DNA of 64,000 nucleotides from Minisyncoccota bacterium. Its GTDB lineage: Bacteria > Patescibacteriota > Minisyncoccia > UBA6257 > XYB1-36-10. The translations under genes were made by a program, and so were the position numbers. Of the stretch, positions 59,497 through 64,000 are shown piece after piece. The stretch's first letter is position 1. Each line of letters opens with the position of its first letter. The notes below the pieces were generated by a model. It saw nothing but the letters and a program-made list of their open reading frames with translations. It was not told the origin of the DNA and ran no database searches. Location: the NCBI GenBank assembly GCA_041651415.1, contig JBAZJH010000001.1, positions 11,374 through 75,373 of the forward strand. Reading direction: 5' to 3'.

Positions 59497-60648
59497 TTAT
59501 CTTTCAGACCAGAGTTTCTTTTGAATAAGGTCGGCAATAGTTCCTAATGAAAGCAGGAATATCAGGAAGCCGATTATCCAGCCGATAAAGGGAATAATGA
59601 CTATTACGGCAAGGAGAATGGAGCCGATAATGATGTTTTTCCAAGTGACAACAGCTGTGCTTGATTTATAAACTAACTGACTAATCCAAGCTCCAAAGAT
59701 GATATTAGTGTAAATGCAGGAAATAAAGAGAAGGAGAACGTAAGAGAGAAGAGCTAAAAGTCCGAGCGGGATGCCGAGAACGGTTATAAATAACAGAATA
59801 AAGGCGGCAGGGATGACTATGAGAGCAACAAATCCTTTACCGATTAAACGGAGCGGGTTTTGAGTGGCGTTTTTGGATACAGAATTAGAAAATTCTTTAA
59901 ATAATAAGAATAAAATAAGAGCAGATATTATGAAAGCGAGAAGCTTATAAATAGTGAAAATGCCAATAAAGGCAAAGAAAAAGCTTTTAGCTTTTTGAGC
60001 ATCCACTTTAGGGAGAGCGATTTCGGTGAAAGTGGTTTTGCCGGAGATAACGGCGCCTTCTTCAATTTTTAAAGATTCAGCGGAAGAGGCGCTATATTCC
60101 AGATTGCCATCAATGACGGCGTTCTCGCCGATGGTTATTTTTTCGTCTGCTTTAACGACGACATTGCCTTTGATGTGTCCGTTGATATTGATGACTCCGC
60201 CGGCAATTTTAGCATTGCCGCCAATATTGCCATTAACAGCGACAAGTCCGCCGGCAGAAACGAGGTCTCCTGCAACCGAAGTTCCGGAAGAGACATTGAC
60301 TGAACCGCCGATAACAATAAGTTCGCCACCGACATTGTTAGAGATTAAAACATTACCGCCAACGATGCGGGTGTCGTCGCCGGAGCTTCCGAGAACAGAG
60401 ATTGAACCGCCAAGGGCGTTGATGTCGTCAGAGATATTTTCAGAGATAATGACATTGCCTCCGGCGGTGAAAAGGTCGCCAGAGATGACGCTATCGATTG
60501 AGACATTGCCTCCAGCGGCGTAAAGATTATCCGCGATGGGGTTTTTAACAGAAACTTCTTCGCCGGCTTTTAAAGTGGCGCCAAAGGCGAGAGTTGGCGC
60601 AAGTATAGCGACGGATGTTAATAACGCAAAGAACTTGTTTATCTTCAT
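59497..60648 (-). CDS. Bactofilin-like (polymer-forming cytoskeletal repeat) protein with a C-terminal polytopic membrane domain
   Basis: Signal peptide. About 10 repeats of ..GGNV.I..S..SGDL.. (AAGGNVSIDSVISGDLFTAGGNVIISENISDDINALGGSISV...), typical of the bactofilin beta-helix. Four TM helices at the C-terminus. Confidence 0.55.
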   Translation of the reverse strand: MKINKFFALLTSVAILAPTLAFGATLKAGEEVSVKNPIADNLYAAGGNVSIDSVISGDLFTAGGNVIISENISDDINALGGSISVLGSSGDDTRIVGGNVLISNNVGGELIVIGGSVNVSSGTSVAGDLVSAGGLVAVNGNIGGNAKIAGGVININGHIKGNVVVKADEKITIGENAVIDGNLEYSASSAESLKIEEGAVISGKTTFTEIALPKVDAQKAKSFFFAFIGIFTIYKLLAFIISALILFLLFKEFSNSVSKNATQNPLRLIGKGFVALIVIPAAFILLFITVLGIPLGLLALLSYVLLLFISCIYTNIIFGAWISQLVYKSSTAVVTWKNIIIGSILLAVIVIIPFIGWIIGFLIFLLSLGTIADLIQKKLWSER

Positions 60649-60910
60649 GATTTATGAATATTTAATTTTAAAATAAAGCTTTCTTATAATGTTTAATAAT
60701 AATCTTTTTGTTGTTTCTTATCAATTATATTGTATTTTGCGGCAGAATTTTTAATTGCTTAATTTCGGTTTTTTTGATATAACGATGGTATATAAATGCG
60801 TCAAAAAATGGTTAGCGGGCTAGTGGCGGAATTTCTCTCTTTCAACTCCTTCCTTCTGTCACGCTCTCACTTGAGCTTCAATTTTTTGGAATTATTCCGT
60901 AATAGGATAT

Positions 60911-61150
60911 ATGATACAAACAAGTATGAGTAAGTTAGTTTACTCAAAAGACTACAAAGCCATCATAGAATGCCTAAAAACGGCATGTATTGAGGCCGAT
61001 TTATCCCAACAGGTAAGAGTGGCCGATAAATTTGGTAAGCCACAGTTCTATATCTCAAAAATAGAATTCGGAGAAAGACGGCTTGATGTGGCTGAAATGA
61101 AAAAGTTTCCGGCTATTTATAAAAAGCCAGTTGATTTTTTTCTAAAATAA
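60911..61150 (+). CDS. Small HTH-XRE-family protein, a candidate R-M controller (C) protein
   Basis: 79 aa. ...DLSQQVRVADKFGKPQFYISKIEFGERRLDVAEMKKFPAIY matches the XRE helix-turn-helix (..ISRIERGER.PSLETLLKLAKAL). Its stop TAA at 61148-61150 is followed by the next ATG at 61152. Confidence 0.5.
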   Translation: MIQTSMSKLVYSKDYKAIIECLKTACIEADLSQQVRVADKFGKPQFYISKIEFGERRLDVAEMKKFPAIYKKPVDFFLK

Positions 61151-61151
61151 T

Positions 61152-62126
61152 ATGCCAAGGCATTCTTCTACAGAAATTAATTATCAGAATTTAATTACCC
61201 AATATCCTTGGGTAGTTGAACGAGAGCAAAACTGCATTATAAGTCCAGACAGCGACGGACTTCTCTGTGGCCTACTAATGTCTCATTATCTTGGATGGCA
61301 AATAAGAGGATTTTATGATGGAAAGGTTTTTGCGGTTGAAGACGGAATAAATCCGAAAGATTGCATTTTTTTAGATATGGAAATTTTCCGCTCCGATATA
61401 CGAAGTGTCGGCCAACATATGGTTATGTATGATAAGGATGATCTGCCTCCAAATTGGAGCAATTTTCAGAAATGTATTGCGGCAAACAATTTAAGAAATT
61501 ATGATTTCAAAAATGATTTTAAGTTAAAGTACCCACTAGGAACAGTTCATATGTTGTTGTCAATTTTGGGGCAAAACCAAACCATGGCGATTCCCAAAAG
61601 CGCAGTAGCGCCACTTCTTTACACTGACGGAACATTTAAAAATCAGTTTAATTATCCTGAAAATTGCTTGAGTTGGTTAGATTTTTTGGGCGCAAATGAT
61701 GTAAATAATCCTCTACAAAAAATATTTTTAGATAGACATTATTCGACGTATGAGTTGATGAATGAACTAAAAGATTTGTTTGCAGAAATCAATACAATAG
61801 GTGGCGGAAAGCGTGGCGGTGACAAAATTAAAATATCTGACTCAAGGGGTAATATTGTAAACATTGACTCGCGAACGCGCTTGTTAAAACCAGCAACCAA
61901 AGCACAGGCAGAGGAATTTTTAAGAATGCTTGCAAATAAAACGGGATGGGATTTTATGCCCACCCATTGGTCATGGGGTCCTTATCAAACGATTCGGTTT
62001 AGAAAGGGTAGTGTAAAACCGGGTAAGGCGCGGTATAACGCACTTCTTGCTCAAAATCCGATATCGCTCGCGATTATCAGCCGTAACAGTATTGAATATA
62101 CTATAGACGGCAACAGAGTTTTCTAA
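61152..62126 (+). CDS. Hypothetical protein, a candidate restriction endonuclease partner translationally coupled to the C-protein gene
   Basis: 324 aa with no recognisable family, as is typical of type II REases. Possible PD..(D/E)xK-like residues (ISPDSDG...FLDMEIFR). Convergent with the methyltransferase gene, with a 4-nt overlap of stops. Confidence 0.3.
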   Translation: MPRHSSTEINYQNLITQYPWVVEREQNCIISPDSDGLLCGLLMSHYLGWQIRGFYDGKVFAVEDGINPKDCIFLDMEIFRSDIRSVGQHMVMYDKDDLPPNWSNFQKCIAANNLRNYDFKNDFKLKYPLGTVHMLLSILGQNQTMAIPKSAVAPLLYTDGTFKNQFNYPENCLSWLDFLGANDVNNPLQKIFLDRHYSTYELMNELKDLFAEINTIGGGKRGGDKIKISDSRGNIVNIDSRTRLLKPATKAQAEEFLRMLANKTGWDFMPTHWSWGPYQTIRFRKGSVKPGKARYNALLAQNPISLAIISRNSIEYTIDGNRVF

Positions 62127-63577
62127 AGTAACTTGTTTTGTGCTACTTGCACGCACTCTTCTTTCATGCGTTTTTCTGCGATTGCGCAGTATTCGGGGGC
62201 AAGATCAATGCCGATGTATTTATAACCCAGGTTTTTTGCAGCAACGGTTGTAGTTCCACTTCCGACAAAGGGGTCAAGAACAACTCCATCTTTTGGCGCA
62301 AAGCAGCTTATAAAATCATACGGAAGCTGATTCGGAAAAGTGGCGGGGTGTTGATGCTTAAGACGGCTTCCGTCGCCGGCCGTAAGATATTCCCAAATTG
62401 TACCGCGACACTTCATCGGATTGATTTTGATTGAACGAGTTGCAATTCGAATACCATTCGTAAGACGAGTGCCGCCACCAGTCATCGTTTTTCCGCCATG
62501 TTTAGATGGAATTTTTAAATGTTCTTTATTGAAATGCTGAGGTCTCTCGCCCTTTAAAAAAATAGGAATATATTCGTGATCTACACGAAAACGTTTATTC
62601 CACCAAGCTCCCTCTGCTCCATATTTTCGGTAAATTACTGTCTCAAAGAGTTTGAAGCCGAAGCTATCGCACCAGTCAATAATAGTTTTGAAAGAAGTTA
62701 AGGATTTGCCGAAGTTTTTTGTCTGATCTTGAATAACCATAACGGCCACTCCGCCATCCTTGAGGATGCGATGTATCTCTTTTCCTGCAGAATGTAAATC
62801 AAGAGAAAATCCTTTGTAGTCGCGGACAGCGTCGTATGGCGGAGAAGTAACTACAATATCAATCGAATTCGATGGAAATTTTTTCATTACTTCTATTGCA
62901 TCTCCACGAATAATTTTATTAACTGGCAATTCCTTATATTTTTCTTGCTTCTTAAATTTCGGAAGTTGGATTCCCGCAGCGCCTTCTTCGCGAATAACAT
63001 CCAGTACAATCCCTTGTACTGATACATCTTGTCTATTTCTAAAGATAAGTGGCTCCATAGTTTTATTGGCGGGTTGTAACCGAATATGTCCCCTCTCTTT
63101 ATAAAATTTCTTTAGTGTGGCTTCGTGATTATCTATGAGCGCAACTACTTTTTGTCCATTTTCCGCCGTTTCCTGTTGTTTGACTAGAACAATGTCTCCG
63201 TCGTTGATATTTTCATCAATCATACTTTCACCGACAACGCGGAGAGCGTAAACTTTCGCAGATGGGGGAATTTTGGATTTTGGAACAGCGATTGTTTCTT
63301 TGTTTTGAATCGCTTCTATCGGTTGCCCGGCGGCAATAGTACCAAGCAGAGGAATTTTTATCATTGTTTCTCTGCTGGTTGCTTCAATGGCGCGAGGGTG
63401 GTTTTCTTTTTTGGAAAGTAGCCCTAAATTTTGAAGTTTGGAGACATGGAAATGAGCAGTTGAAACAGATGCGAGTTTAAATTTCTTTCGAATCTCATCA
63501 AGAGAGGGAGCATATCCCTTTCGTTTCTGATAATTAGTTATAAAATCTAGGACTTGCTTTTGCTTTTTTGTCACCAT
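62123..63577 (-). CDS. Full-length LexA repressor fused in one ORF to a beta-class N4-cytosine/N6-adenine DNA methyltransferase
   Basis: Residues 1-~200 align to LexA throughout: wHTH KKQKQVLDFITNYQKRKGYAPSLDEIRKKF...HFHVSKLQNLGLL, cleavage site IPLLGTIAAGQP (Ala-Gly), Ser motif LRVVGESMIDENINDGDIVLV, Lys motif VVALIDNHEATLKKF. The remainder carries MTase motif IV IVVTSPPYD and motif I LDPFVGSGTT in beta-class order, with an ~20-aa linker and no stop or frameshift. Confidence 0.7.
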   Translation of the reverse strand: MVTKKQKQVLDFITNYQKRKGYAPSLDEIRKKFKLASVSTAHFHVSKLQNLGLLSKKENHPRAIEATSRETMIKIPLLGTIAAGQPIEAIQNKETIAVPKSKIPPSAKVYALRVVGESMIDENINDGDIVLVKQQETAENGQKVVALIDNHEATLKKFYKERGHIRLQPANKTMEPLIFRNRQDVSVQGIVLDVIREEGAAGIQLPKFKKQEKYKELPVNKIIRGDAIEVMKKFPSNSIDIVVTSPPYDAVRDYKGFSLDLHSAGKEIHRILKDGGVAVMVIQDQTKNFGKSLTSFKTIIDWCDSFGFKLFETVIYRKYGAEGAWWNKRFRVDHEYIPIFLKGERPQHFNKEHLKIPSKHGGKTMTGGGTRLTNGIRIATRSIKINPMKCRGTIWEYLTAGDGSRLKHQHPATFPNQLPYDFISCFAPKDGVVLDPFVGSGTTTVAAKNLGYKYIGIDLAPEYCAIAEKRMKEECVQVAQNKLL

Positions 63578-64000
63578 ATTGATATTATAGAAAATAAATA
63601 GAAAGTATAAAAGTACTAGTTATCCCCATGAAAGAAAAACTAGAAATATTTCAAATACTTCGAGAATTAAAAGGATTGGAATGGCCATCGAGGTGGGGCG
63701 GCATTCTCTATGCTTTAGTTATTTTTCTGCTTTCTTATGCGGTTATAATTGTTTTTGCTAATACTGGCGTTGTTTTCAGTCATTATTGGATAATTAGTAT
63801 CTTTCTTGGCTTACAATTTATCCATGCGATTGCTTGGTTTATAAAGCGAAATTTTTTTTATGATTCAAGTACATTAACTGTCGCTTTTGCAGTTACTACA
63901 GAAGAAACTTCACAAAAGTACTATAAAGAAATCAAAAAAAAATTTAGAGAACAAGTTGTTAGTTATAAATTGCAGGATGATATAAAGATTAAAGAACTTC

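Overview
This is an AT-rich window with the hallmarks of a Candidate Phyla Radiation (Parcubacteria-like) genome, read with the standard code; TGA, TAA and TAG all terminate conserved genes. Several genes run N-terminally short (RF1, split MetRS, a 343-aa pyruvate kinase).

Housekeeping content:
- rpmE and an N-terminally truncated prfA.
- A 16S rRNA gene with no 23S following it in the remaining ~58 kb; it carries three paralogous ~100-nt hairpin insertions and shows no recognisable anti-Shine-Dalgarno tail.
- rplS, glyQS, metG, leuS, hisS, tatD, pth, lepB, rpsU, ybeY, grpE-dnaK, ftsA-ftsZ, pyk, HtrA and six tRNAs.

Beyond ordinary annotation:
1. A terminator-like hairpin family at six loci (seven hairpins). 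The loop ACAGGGCTAATCGCCA is conserved, the stem sequences co-vary, and a conserved GAGG..GTGATAA box follows. The elements sit upstream of leuS, metG and other + strand genes.
2. A second ~125-nt structured repeat family, found after tRNA-Leu and before grpE.
3. A 2-kb gene-free stretch between tatD and leuS holding consensus sigma70 promoters, terminators and a 34-bp perfect palindrome that recurs after ftsZ.
4. A tRNA hotspot at 28.0-30.1 kb with a duplicated tRNA-Ser 3' end, a deoxyribosyltransferase-like gene interrupted by one in-frame TAG, and an HNH plus HEPN-like gene pair.
5. A higher-GC island downstream of tRNA-Asn (55.9-59.4 kb) carrying two paralogous unknown proteins and TspO.
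6. The strongest candidate for a novel system, at the window end: a restriction-modification-like module in which a complete LexA repressor (wHTH, Ala-Gly cleavage site, Ser/Lys dyad) is fused in one ORF to a beta-class N4/N6 DNA methyltransferase. It lies convergent to an HTH-XRE controller (C) protein gene that is translationally coupled to a putative endonuclease gene.

All calls come from reading the sequence and ORF translations; no database search was possible.
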